Part shown: one piece after another, positions 12,044 to 24,549 of the stretch
Position numbering within the stretch: the first letter of the stretch is position 1
Layout: the number at the start of each line of letters is the position of its first letter
DNA from: Utricularia gibba
Taxonomy: Eukaryota; Plantae; Magnoliophyta
Length of the DNA stretch: 64,000 nt
Direction: 5' to 3'
NCBI GenBank assembly: GCA_002189035.1
Contig: CM007992.1
Span: forward strand, 1,798,001-1,862,000
The notes under the pieces: model-generated
Seen by the model: only the letters and a program-made list of their open reading frames with translations
Told to the model about the DNA's origin: nothing
Database searches by the model: none
Made by a program: the position numbers and the translations under genes

Positions 12044-14521
12044 TTAGATTTCCAAGAGAACAATTGGCCACCGTAAAAGATACAATAGCTAGAGAGTGAA
12101 TGACAAGTAATAGGACAAGCTGCTCAATCTGCATCGCAATAGGCCTTAAGTTCTGCACCAAGGATTGGTTTGTACCTGATACCAAAGGTTTGAGACCCCA
12201 GCAAATAATGAACCACACGCACTCTTGAGTTCCAATGTGTTCCTAGGTTCTTGTATAAAGTGGCTTAAATGGTGTGCTGCAAAGTGCAAATCTGGCCTAG
12301 TGTATGATAGGTATAATGAATTGTCCCACAAGATGACATAAAGGTTGAGCATCATGAAGAATAAGGAAGGTATTGTCAAACAATTGCAGCCTAGTAGGCA
12401 AGGGAGACCAAATAGACTAAGCAAGAAGAAGTCCCATATCTTGATTTATGTCCCTGATGAACTTCTGTTGATTAATAAAAATGCCCTCTAGAGATCTATA
12501 TAGCTTTAATCGAATAAAATACTTGGCATCCCACAAGTTTTTCACAATGACTTTTTCATGAAGGAATTGGATAAGAGACTCAATTTTTGGCAAAGAAGAC
12601 CCTTTTACTAGAATATCATCAATATTAACTAATAAGCTAATGGTGAAATCCAATCGATGCATGCAAAAAGACATGGATCATTAGCAAAAGAAATAAATCC
12701 AATCGATACTAGAGCTACATTAAGTTCGTGATTTTATTGCCGAGATGTATGTTTCAAACCATATAAGGATTTTTGAAGCCTACATACCTATGAAGGACCA
12801 GCTTTTGAATAACCTGAAGAAACTTTCATGCAAACTTCTTCATTCAAGATCCCATGCAAGAAGACACTATTAACATCTAATTGCTTCAAAGGCCAAGAGG
12901 ATTGGGAAGCTAAGCATATGAAGAGTATTACTGTGGTGATTTTGGCTAGTGACACAAAGATGTTTGTGTAATCAATCTTATTGACTGAAACCTTGGGCCA
13001 CAAGAAGTGCTATGCACTTGTTAATGGAATCATCAAGGTTCAAATTGGTTTTATAGACCCATTTGCATCCTACAAGTTATTTGCTTGAGGGCAAAACAAT
13101 AAGTTCCCAGGCATGGTTACGACGTAGTGACTCATGCACTTCATCCATTGCCATAACCCATAGAGGGTCTAAGCTGGCTTTTGAAGAGTGTGTAAGTTCT
13201 TGAGCCTCATTAAGATGAGCCATGAAAGCACGATGCTCTAAGTCTGTTGCTGAGTTAACAGAGTAAACACATGCCCTAGTATGGACAATTCCTTGTTTCT
13301 GAAAGGTGGCAGCACAACTAGAGTTCACAAATTCAAAACCATTATCTATATGAATTTGTTTAATCATCACCCCAAATTGAGTTTTCACATAGGCAATAAA
13401 ATCCAAATTTGATCATAAGTGTGAGATTTATTGAAGAGCAGGTGGATCTAGAGAGCTATAGATCAATATAACGTCTCCATGAATCAATATATAGTAGATC
13501 AACAGGTTCTGAAGCTCATTTGTCAGCTGCATGAAAAGGCAACCTAGTTTTTTTAGAAAAATTGCAAATATGACAAACTGAAACCTGACTCTTCAAGGAA
13601 CTCAAAAGAGGTACTTTATTGAGAACAAAAATAGTGGCATGTCCGAATTGATGATGCCATGTCTATAAGCTAATAGTGTGATGGAATTATGAACAAAAGA
13701 AAAATAAAATCATTGAAATTTATTTTGAATCTAACATTATAAAATTGATAGAGACTATTCTTCACATAGCCCATTGCAATCACAGTTTCATTGTTCTAGT
13801 CCTCATAGAACACAACTTTCGGCATTGAAGATGGAACGTAAATTATTGTGCTTACTGAGGTCAAATTCATAAAAAAATGTAGGAACTTTAAGTGCATTAT
13901 AGGATTGAAGTCTAGAGGATAATTGATAATCCCCAATTCCGTCAACCGGAAGAGCAAGATGATTAGGCAAAAAAAAAACCTTTTGACCTGAAGTGGAGGT
14001 TTTAAAATTGAAATTTCATCGAGTTAAATCTTTCATTATTAAATGGGTGTCTTATATAGTAACTTTTGTATTATAGATTCGAATTCTCTGAGAGGATCGT
14101 AATTTAGATTTGTGCCAAGGTTTCAAATAGAAAGGAAATATAGTAAACAAAATCTTTCATCATTAAATGAGTGTCTTATATAGTAACAAAAATTCGTGGG
14201 TCAAATATACCAATTTGAAATGATGTAGAGGAATTTGAAGACCACATATGTGACAAGTGGCTTCAGAATCCAAGATCTAGTCTTGCTTAGAATGACGAGA
14301 AGCATTAGAAGTCATACTTGATAAAGCTCTAGCACTAGTTTCTATCTCAATCGCATTGCCTCTAGAATTATTGTCAGTAGTAGTGTTGGACTGATGTTGA
14401 TCCAGGAACGCATGAAAGAGGGAATGAACAAGACTTACAAGCTCTGGGGTAGAGATCTTGCACCCTCATCCAAAAGAGTCACTTGTGTGCTAGATCCAGC
14501 CATATTGTCCTGATGATCACC

Positions 14522-16007
14522 TGATAGCACACAAATTTTCATGTTTTAGGATACGAAAAATCACAAATTTTTAATTATGTTTAGTTGTTAATTTTATAGT
14601 TTTAAGTATTTTTATTTGATTAGGGAGAATATTATTTTTGGTGTATTAGTGGGCTAAATCCTTTGTTTTAGTCCACTCCATGTCTAACCCAATTTTTGAG
14701 TCTAGCAGCAACCCGAGAATCAAGGAAGAAATCAAGTTTTCGTGAAAGTCACTAGGTTGCAGAGAGCAATGAGTACACTATCGCGGCGGCAAGTCAGGGG
14801 CAGGAGCAGCAGAGCTGCCAGAGATTGTACCTGCTTTGGGAAGTGCAAGACAGAGAAAAAAATGAAGGAGAGAGAGTCGCAAGGGGGGCAACCAATAGTG
14901 AGCAAAACACACACGAGGGGGTTTCTCCCCCAATCCCAACTCGAACACGAAGAATACTGAAGGAGAAGAAAAAAAGGGCGATTTTTCTGGAGAAGAACCT
15001 CCAGCATGAAGGAAGAAGATCAAGACCCAATCCAACGCTACTCTTCCGGCCTGTGAACAGTAGCAGACGGAAACCAGAACTCTTACTGCTTTATTTTCGT
15101 TTGTTGATGTTTTTAGCTTCTACCAACTTCTGCACAATGTTCTTAACATTTTCGTTGTTTTATGTTTATGTCATTGCATTTTACCTACAAAATATGAATA
15201 GTTAGAACCCTAGGGATGCCTTAAGGTAAAGCATGGTGGTGTGAATTTAGGATTCATAACAAAATTCATCATTGTTTCTTAGTTTTTGTTTCTATTAATC
15301 CATGGGTAGATCTGAGGGGAACAAGTAGCTTCACAACAAGAACTAGGTATCCATACAAGTCAAGGCGGGACCAACAAGTCAAGGCATCCCTAGTTCACAC
15401 CATTGCATGTCAAGGCGGGAGCAGTAGATGATGAATGATCTAAACAACAATGTTGGTGATAATCATTTAGAAGTAGACCAACAAGTCAAGGTGGGAGCAG
15501 TAGATGTTCGGGTAGACCTAGTTCTATACACTTTGCATGCGGATAGACCTAATTGCAATGTTGGTGATAATATTGAGGACTAGCTTAGTCAAAAATATGA
15601 TGAATGATTTGGGTAGACTTAGGCTATTTGAAGTTGTGAATATAGGAACATGGTAGATTAAGTTAGGTATTTTAGCACCACACCACCTGCAGACCCTTAA
15701 GACATCTTAGTATTACTCTGAGTTAGAACCAGTAATTGTTGCCTTTAGCGTTGAGACCTGATATTGTTTATTGATCTTGTTTATTGAACTTGTTTACCTC
15801 TGTTGGTCCGAGCTTAGACTAAGACTCACTGTTATTTCGAATTATGCATATACTAAAATACTTAGCAAGCACAAGCTCCTTGTGATCGACCCCGAAATCC
15901 ACTATACAAGTTTTCTAAATTTGTATTTTGTATAAATTAGGACTTATAAATTTATTTGATGTGAAATTTTTATTTTCGCAACGACACTAGGAAATTTCCG
16001 TTTATCA
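14522..16007 (+). mobile_element. Athila-like solo LTR 2, 1486 bp
   Basis: TGATAGCAC...GTTTATCA. TSD TCACC (14517-14521, 16008-16012). Shares motifs with LTR 1 (GGGTAGACCTAGTTCTATA, TTACTCTGAGTTAGAAC, CACAAGCTCCTTGTGATCG). Confidence 0.87.
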
Positions 16008-16566
16008 TCACCATTTTTACACTTGTAACTCTTAGGACGCCCATGTAATTTCCATCACTATTCTCTGGTGTGGCTGACTCACCCATAATAAGAGCAACTA
16101 GGATGGCGTGTCAACATGTTGAGAGTTAGCATTAATTGAACTTGGGCTAGTTGGACAGTGTTTGTTCACCATAAATGAAGATGAGTAACCTTCAACCGAG
16201 AATGGAGCCAGATGTTTTTTTTGTTCCCAAGAGAGAACAAGATGGTATGCCTCTTCCAATGATACATGTAAAGCGATTATCTGATTCTTCAAAGATTCAA
16301 ATGATGCATCCAAATCAAATAAAAACTATTGGAGTCGATTTGAATCCTCTCTTAGTTGAAGTTGAATTCCATGATCCCCTGCAATGGAAGGTAATGGAGG
16401 TAGGAAATCCATTTGATTCCAGACGATGTCCCCTCATTGAGTTAGGGTTTGTATCTCGTGTTCCAAGTGAAAGATTTGGGGTTCGATAGAGGCACCAAAT
16501 TGTCGATTGATCTCCTCCTAGAGACTTTTTGCACTGTCAATGAAAAGGAAAGTCTCGGTGAGGTCC

Positions 16567-19500
16567 TGATGGATCCCTCCACATGGGGCCACACACAAAA
16601 AAAAAGGAAAAAAAAAAGGGAGTTGGTGCACGGGGGTTGGTGTGCCAACCCAAGGCGTGCGCTCCCCTCTATAAATAGAGGGGAGCTCTCCCTCATACAC
16701 ACACAAGAGTTGAAAAACTCATTTGGTATTTTGAGTGAGTTTTTGGTTTTCGAGGGTAGAATAGGGAAAGAAGAAAGATAGTATTCTTTCCTATTCGTGT
16801 TTCTCGCCCGGTAGAGTTTTCGGGGAAAGGGTAGAAAGAGAGGGTAAAACCCGGTAATTTACTGAGGTAAATCTCTTTGTATTCACTGTGGTAAATAGTG
16901 AATTTTTCTCGGAGTTGAGTGTGGACGTAGCCCTTACTTTGGGGTGAACCACGTTAAATCTCGGTGTCTTTTTCTTGATTTTTTGCGGTCAATTTTATTG
17001 CCTGGTATCGACTACGCGCAACAAGTGGTATCAGAGCTAGGGTTGTTTGTGTAATTGCTATCTTATCGTATGCTCTGTGGCCGCCACTAAGTGGATCTCC
17101 CACATCAGAAAATAAGTTAGTATATTGCACATTCTCCTAGTCGGTATCAGGGACCATGGAGGTCAAAACCGGCAGTATGATCAAGCTGAATGGGACGAAT
17201 TATCTCTTGTGGAAGTGCAAGATGAAGGATTTGCTTTTCATGACGAAAATGCATCTACCAGTGTTTAGTGAGACTAAACCGGATGTGAAGACTGATGAAG
17301 AATGGGATTTCGAGCATCAGCAATCCTGCGGTTTTATTCGACAGTTTGTCGAAGAAAATGTGTATTAGCATGTTGCTGAAGAGACACATGCAAGGAGCTT
17401 GTGGTTCAAGCTGGAAAATCTGTACGCTTCCAAGACGGGAGGAAACAGATTGTTTTATGTCACGAAGTTGATTACTCTGAAGTATAGAGAAGGGGCTTCC
17501 ATAGCGGACCATCTGAATGAAATTCAAGGGGTCATGTCGCAGTTGGCGACAATGGGCATCTCGTTCGATGATGATCTCTTAGCACTGCTGGTGCTAGCTA
17601 CTCTGCGTGAATCTTGGGAGACTCTCAAGATTACGTTGACGAGTTCTCCAAATTTGTCACTTGAGCAAGTCAAAAGTGCGGTTCTCAATGAAGAGATGAG
17701 GAGAAAGATGCAGAATGCTTCAATCTCTGGACAACAAGATATCATGGTTGCAGAACCTAGGGGGAGAAGTAGGGCTCGTGGGTCTAACCTACGGAGTGAA
17801 AGAAGGGATGGCAAGAGTAAGGAGAGGAACAAGTATGCCAATGTGGAGTGCCATTTTTGCAAAAAGAAGGGGCACATTAAGAAGAACTGCTGGAGCTTTC
17901 AGAAGCAAAGCAGAAGTGAGAAAAAGACGGAGTCTAGAGATGATGATGACACGAATGTCATCATGGAGTTCAACTTGACGATTGATGATGAATATATCAA
18001 TCAGATCTCTGAAGAAAGGAGCCACTCACGTGATAGTGGAGCACGTGATAGTGGAGCCACTCTTCACGTGATAGTGGAGCCACTCTTCACGTGACATCAA
18101 GAAAGGAGTTATTCTCATCTTATATAGCAAGGGATTTTGGCACCGTGAAGATGGGAAATGGACAACTGTCGAAGGTTGTAGGTAAAGGAGATATTTGCCT
18201 ATGCACGAACAAGGGTATGAAGTTGACCCTGAGAGATGTTAAGCATGTGCCAGACATGCGATTGAACCTTATCTCGGTTCACTGTCTCGATTGTGAAGGT
18301 TATGCCATGAACTTCAACGATGGCCGGTGGAAGATGACTAAAGGTTCATTGGTCATAGCCACTGGAGAGAAGCTGAATAAGCTATATGTGACACAAGCTA
18401 GCATTTGTGTTGATGTTGCTAGTGTTGCTGAGAAAGGAATTCCTATTGATGTGTGGCACAGACGCCTTTGCCATATGGGTGAAAAAGGTATGGAGACTTT
18501 GACGAGAAAGAAGGTGTTGGCTGGGCTCCTCGATCAAAATTCGAGGCCATGTAGCGATTGCTTTGTTGGGAAGCAAACGAGGGTGGCATTTAAAAGAAGA
18601 CCCCCTGGTAGAGCCAAAGCGATCTTGGATCTGATTCATTCAGATGTCTGTACTCCGAAGATTATGTCGCTTGATGGGGCTCATTATTTTGTGACCTTCA
18701 TTAACGATCACTCTCGCAAGACTTGGATCTATCTCATCAGGACGAAAGATCAAGTTTTAGAGAAGTTCAAGCAGTTTGTTGCTATGGTGGAGCGAGAAAC
18801 TGGTAAGAAGGTGAAGTGCATTCGCACTGATAACGGGGGAGAGTATCTTGGGCCATTTGATGGCTATTGCAAGGAGCTGGGAATCCGACATCAGTTTACT
18901 ATGGCAAAAACACCACAATTGAATGGCTTGGCAGAAAGGATGAATCGAACTTTGATGGAAAGAGTGAGGTGTCTTCTTTCGCACTCGAAGTTGCCTCAAA
19001 TGTTTTGGGGAGAAGCTATTCTGACAGCAGCATATGTTCTGAATCTTTCGCCATGTGTGCCGTTGAGACATGAAGTACCAGAGAAGGTTTGGTCTGGAAA
19101 AGAGGTCTCTTATGATTATCTACGGGTGTTTGGTTGCAAAGCCTTCGTTCATATTCCAAAGGATGAACGATCGAAGTTGGATTCTAAGACACGTGAATGT
19201 GTGTTTATTGGTTATGGCCAAGATCAGTTTGGGTTTCGATTCTATGATCCTATCTCAAAGAAACTCATTAGGAGCTGAGATGCTATCTTTGTTGAGGAAG
19301 AGACCATCAAAGATATTGGGAAACCCAAGAATGATGTCCCTCGAAGTAATGAAGACTCGACGGATGTTCGAGTGATACCTCCTGTGATGGTGCCTGAAAA
19401 TGAAGGAGGTGAAGTTGACGATCATGTTCCGGAAGTTCCCCATGATCATGAAGAACAAGAGGTTGCTGGTAATGGAGATGGTGTGGTTCAACAACCATCA

Positions 19501-21643
19501 AGTTCCACTGGAGGTTCCCCTGTGCGCACAAGATCGGGAAGGACTGTGCGGCGCCCTGCTAGATTTTCATCAGATGAGTTTGTTATGCCTTCTGATGAGG
19601 GAGAACCTGAGAGCTTTCAGGAGGCTATGGAAAGTCGAGATAAAAGTCTTTGGATGGAAGCTGCTGAAGAGGAAATAAGGTCCTTGAATGACAACAAGAC
19701 GTTTGAACTGGTGAAGTTGCTTGAAGGCAAAAAGGCACTAAGGTGCAAGTGGGTTTTCAGAATAAAGCATTCTGAAAATGGCTCAAAGCCTCGATACAAG
19801 GCTAGGCTGGTGGTGAAGGGTTTCAACCAGCGGAAGGGCATCGGTTATGATGAGATATTTGCATCAGTTGTGAAGATGACATCTATCCGGACAGTGCTGG
19901 GGTTAGCAGCAAGTCTCAACTTGGAAGTTGAGCAAATGGATGTCAAGACGGCGTTCTTACATGGTGATCTAGAGGAAGAGATCTATATGGAACAGCCAAA
20001 AGGTTTTGTTGAAAAAGGAAAAGAGGGATATGTCTGCAAGTTGCAGAAAAGCCTGTATGGGTTGAAACAGGCATCGAGGCAGTGGTACAGAAAGTTTGAC
20101 TCAGTCATGGAGAAGCATGGCTTCAAGAAGACGAGTGCTGACCACTATGTGTTCTTCAAGAGGTTCACGGATGATGACTTTGTGATTCTGTTGCTCTATG
20201 TTGACGACATGCTGATTGTTGGACAGAATACTTCAAGAATTGGAAGCTTGAAGAAGGAGTTGAATAAGTCTTTCTCAATGAAAGACTTGGGGCCAGCAAA
20301 ACAGATCCTTGGCATGAAGATTATCAGGGATAGAGATGCCAAAAAGTTATGGTTGTCTCAAGAACAGTACATTGAGAAGATTCTTGAGAGATTTAACATG
20401 AAGGACGTCAATGCGGTTAGCTGCCCTCTTGCTAATCATTTTCAGTTGAGTAAGAAGCAATGTCCATCGATTGAGGAAGAACGGAAAGCGATGATGAGCG
20501 TTCCCTATTCATCAGCTGTTGGGAGCTTGATGTATGCTATGGTATGTACCTGACCGGATATTGCTCATGCTATTGGAGTTGTGAGCAGGTTTTTGTCTGA
20601 TCCAGGGAAGGATCATTGGTCTGTTGTGAAGTGGATTTTCAGATATCTACAGGGATCTTCAAGCATGTGTTTATGCTTTGGAAGTGAGGAAACTGTGTTG
20701 AAAGGATACACAGATGCTGATTTAGCTGGTGATGTTGATGGTCGAAAATCAACATCGGGATATTTGATTACCTTCGCGGGGGGAGCTGTGTCTTGGCAGT
20801 CAAGACTGCAGAAGTGTGTTGCTCTATCTTCGACTGAAGCAGAATATATTGCAGTTACTGAGGCTTGTAAGGAACTGCTATGGATGAAGACGTTCTTGGG
20901 AGAACTTGGTGTGAAGCAGGGGAAGTATGAGTTATTTTGTGACAGTCAGAGTGCTATCCATCTAGCGAAGAATGCTTCTTTTCACTCAAGATCGAAGCAT
21001 ATTGATCAGCGCTATCACTAGATAAGGGATGTTTTACAGAAAAAGCACTTGTGTCTGGAGAAGATTCATACTGAAGAAAATGGTTCAGATATGATGACGA
21101 AGATACTTCCGAAGGAAAGCTTCGAATTCTGCAGAAGAGTCGTTGGATTGATCAGCTCGCCCACGTGTCGGGAGGGGGAGAATTGATGGGTCCCACCACA
21201 TGGGGCCCACACACAAAAAAAAAGGAAAAAAAAAAGAAGGGAGTTGGTGCACGGGGTTGGTGTGCCAACCCAAGGCGTGCGCTCCCCTCTATAAATAGAG
21301 GGGAGCTCTCCCTCATACACACACAAGAGTTGAAAAACTCATTTGGTATTTTGAGTGAGTTTTTGGTTTCCGAGGGTAGAATAGGGAAAAAAGAAAGATA
21401 GTATTCTTTCCTATTCGTGTTTCTCGCCCGGTAGAGTTTTCGGGGAAAGGGTAGAAAGAGAGGGTAAAACCTGGTAATTTACCGAGGTAAATCTCTTTGT
21501 ATTCACTGTGGTAAATAGTGAATTTTTCTCGGAGTTGAGTGTGGACGTAGCCCTTACTTTGGGGTGAACCACGTTAAATCTCGGTGTCTTTTTCTTGATT
21601 TTTTGCAGTCAATTTTATTGCCTGGTATCGACTACGCGCAACA
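16567..21643 (+). mobile_element. Structurally complete, young Ty1/copia (Tork/Tnt1-like), 5077 bp
   Basis: LTRs 16567-17023 and 21184-21643 with 7 substitutions plus 3 small indels by manual alignment. TSD GGTCC. PBS TGGTATCAGAGC 17026-17037. PPT 21170-21180. Removal restores host gag LLNSIGKD-LTETFLF. Confidence 0.97.
17156..21186 (+). pseudogene. gag-pol polyprotein of the Tork-like copia, disrupted
   Basis: gag with CCHC knuckle (CHFCKKKGHIKKNC), protease DSGA, integrase HSDV...DNGGE...LAERMNRT, RT YVDD, RNase H. In-frame stops at 17366, 19276, 20551 and 21019, and one frameshift at 18018-18095. Confidence 0.95.
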
Positions 21644-24549
21644 GGTCCTTCCCTATTGAATTCAAGAGAATGGCCATGAATTGATGATTCTGGCATTGCC
21701 ACTCTTCATGGATTGAGAAGCATTCTCCCATGCATGTAAGGCCATTGCATCAGTTGAACCAAGGTCCCAATGGAAAAGGAGACATGCTACCATCAAGATG
21801 ACCATCATCACGTCCTCCAAGAGCAATTCGAACAGGTTTTGACCACATGAGGGAATTATTACCATTGAGTATGGTGGAAACCAATTAGGTGGAAGAAGAC
21901 AATAAAGATATGCCAGAAAAATCAGAGAAAGCCATTTGATCAGGGTAACGCAACTGGCTCTGATACCATGTGCAAAGATGGAGAAATGAGAAAAATGATG
22001 ATCTTTCCATTGCATGAGTGCAATATTTATACAAAATATTTGCTTACCTAATACCACAATCTAATCCTATATACAACCTATGGTTACAACTAAACTCTAT
22101 GTAGGGGAATATCAAATGTAACAAAGTATCATTTTCTTGGAGCATGTGGTCAGTGGGAAAGGAGTAGATATGAAGGTAGAAGCCGTGATGGCATGAGCTA
22201 CACGAAAGAATATAAGAGAAGTGCAAAGCTTCTTGGGGATGACAAGCTATTATAGGAGGTTTATTTGGTCCTTAGAGAAGGCAAAACCATTGACAGAATT
22301 GTTGAAGAAGAGAAAGGTATTCGATTAGATGGATGGACTTTAGGAGAGTTTTGAGGAGTTGAAGAAGGTACTGGTGCAGGCACCTGTATTAGCGTTACGT
22401 CAAGTAAGTGTGGATTACGAAGTGTATACTAGTGTTAGCTAGAAGTGATTGAGAGTTGTGCTGATGCAAAAGTGCAGGATAATTGCTTATGCGTTGTGGC
22501 ACCTAAAAAAGCACGAAGAGAACTACCTGGCTCATGACTTCAAAATGGGGATGATGATTTTTTATGCTAAAGATTTGGAGGCACAATCTATACGGGGTGC
22601 AGTGTTAACTATATACTGATCATAAGTGTTTAAAATACGTCTTCACTCTAAAGGAATTAAACATGAGGTGGCGGAGGTGGCTAGAGTTATTGAAAGACTA
22701 TGATCCAAGGGAGTTTGTGATAATAAGCTCAATTTTATTTTTATTTGAGCTGGTTGGAAGGCTCACCTGCAAACACCAGAGTCCTTCAAGATGTTATATA
22801 TCGTCCACATGAGTTTAGTTTTCATAAGGGTCAGTTAGTAGTTTTTACATTAGTATTGTTACTATTGTTTTTATATCAATCTAGTTTCATATCATCTATC
22901 GATGATGTTTCTTTGCACTTTATTTCACTCCATTTCTTACATTCATATTCTTATCCTTCATCTCTTTGTGCTGCTGATTTTATTTCTTTATAGAATATAG
23001 TTAATATCATTTTTAATATTCATACAATGCTGTTTTTTCATTCTTTGTCTCTTTGTTTTTTTTTTTTGTTGCACAAATGATTGTTTTTCTTCATCTAAAA
23101 GTATCATTTATATTTTTCAGTGAATTTTCCAATGGGAATGCATTTGAAGTGTTAAAGTTTTCCTAGAAACATTTGGTTCTTCTTCTCTTTCGAACCCTTC
23201 GGTGAACTCTAGATTCTTCATTCTTTTTACTCTTCTTCTCTTCTAGAACCTTTGGTCCTTTGATATTCTTTGCCAATTCCAATTGAATGGTGTGGATAGA
23301 TATGATAGTGAGATTCTGGTGGCGATCAACTTTGGTGGTTGCATGATTTTTGATGAGGTGAGACCAAAATGTGTTCATGAAATGCAAGCGGTGATTAAGT
23401 TCAACAATTCTTGGTCAATTACAATTCTATTTATACAGGGTATTGCAATTGCTTATACATATTCACATCAAGATAAGTGTGAGTTTTGGATGTCATTAAC
23501 AACCCAAAGCATATATTGGATGAATTTGAAATTGAAGTAGAGGTTCTTGATCAATTAGTCAACCCCGGGGCGACTCTACCGAAAAACACTCATTGGAAAA
23601 TGAATGATATTTTAGGTGATGAAAAGGTACTATTTCTGCAACAAAAAACAAAGAGATGAAGAATTGAAAAACGGTATTGTATTGGTATAAAAATGATATT
23701 AACTCTATAGAATATGTGTACTGTTTATGCTGATTTTTTTTATATGTTTGCCTCGGTTTTTACTACTTATATAATAATAGTTATATGAATTCTGAGGGAT
23801 TCTTAACTCTTTATGGAGGAATATGCTATCATAAAGAATGGAGTGAAGGATATAGAACTCATCAAAATGTGAAAAAAAATATTTTGACATTAAACATTCT
23901 TTGGTGAAAAATGTGATTAAATGAACTTGGAGATTGATGAAAGTAAGATGGGGCATTTTAAGTAATATTTTTTATTATCAAGTGAAAACACGAAGCAAAC
24001 TTATCTTGACTTGTACACTTCCTAAAAAATTCTATCTTAAGGAGATATCTAAAGATGTGCTAGCAATAAAATAGGGAGAGAATTATATGGATCCTGATGT
24101 AGAAAATAACATACCTTATGATGATAATATTTCAACAATAATAACTTAGCAAATTCATTGTATACAAGAGAGGGATTCTACAAGAAGAAGATAGATGTTG
24201 TGTTTCGATATTACATTAGTATCTATTTGAATGTTGAGTATTTCTTTTTTTGTTTCTTTTTATTTTTATGGATCATACTATATGTGATCAAGTTTTATCA
24301 TTTTAGTATTTTTTTATTGATATTTTATGTGATCAAAATTTCATTTGAATTCATAAATAATATATGTAATTGGAATTTGAGACACTATTATTAAGGTCGT
24401 TTTACATGATATATCTTGATGGAATAATTGAATAAGAACAAATTTATGCTCTTGTGACTATTTAACGAATAATGTTCAATTAAAGAGATTAATAGGTCTT
24501 TGAAAATCTTGCACTGTTAAATCAACTAATGAAGGTCTAAGCAAATAGA

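Larger units (their letters stand above)
10106..22123 (-). mobile_element. Ty1/copia with short LTRs (Ale/Retrofit-like), degenerate, host of three insertions
   Basis: 155-bp LTRs at 10106-10260 and 21969-22123 (roughly 80 percent identical by eye). TSD AAGTA. tRNA-iMet PBS (reverse complement of TGGTATCAGAGC ending 21968). PPT TCTTGAGGGGG at about 10262-10272. gag LNGNN.LMWS..VRIAL; RNase H AYCDADWAAC...FSWKSKKQ and CDNKSAI...HEQTKHIEIDCH. Confidence 0.93.
9120..22707 (+). mobile_element. LTR-less Ty3/gypsy (Tekay/del-like) RT-RNase H fragment inserted in the PIF-B transposase and itself interrupted
   Basis: [32 protein letters not shown] (about 9215-9322); RIILQRFKEK*LYTKAIKCEFSLES (10028-10105), which joins in frame across the AAGTA TSD to IIFLEHVVSGKG (22129 onward); ELNMRWRRWLELLKDYD (about 22655-22705). 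Confidence 0.85.
8580..24130 (+). pseudogene. PIF-B transposase, split into pieces at about 8580-8925, 8990-9100, 22708-22830 and 23745-24130
   Basis: VHEMVVMFFGILGHNKK...YFNLILLTVLKLHHILLK; NCI*DLDD..YLNLYVRIKDQPRFKNLKG; GVCDNKLNFI..WLEGSPANTRVLQDVIYR; YMNSEGFLTLYGGICYH..KYFDIKHSLVKNVIK*TWRLMKVRWGIL. These match successive parts of the PIF-A transposase. Confidence 0.8.

Noticed and set aside
14732-15205. Cluster of overlapping 72-126 aa ORFs (also 10826-11101 and 34309-34547)
   Set aside because: They lie in the purine-rich part of Athila-like LTRs, are compositionally biased, are not conserved between LTR copies and show no recognisable domain.
23283-23700. Possible MULE-type N-terminal coding fragment inside the PIF-B transposase intron
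   Set aside because: Only a vague resemblance (ILVAINFGG); no TIR or TSD found; too weak to call.
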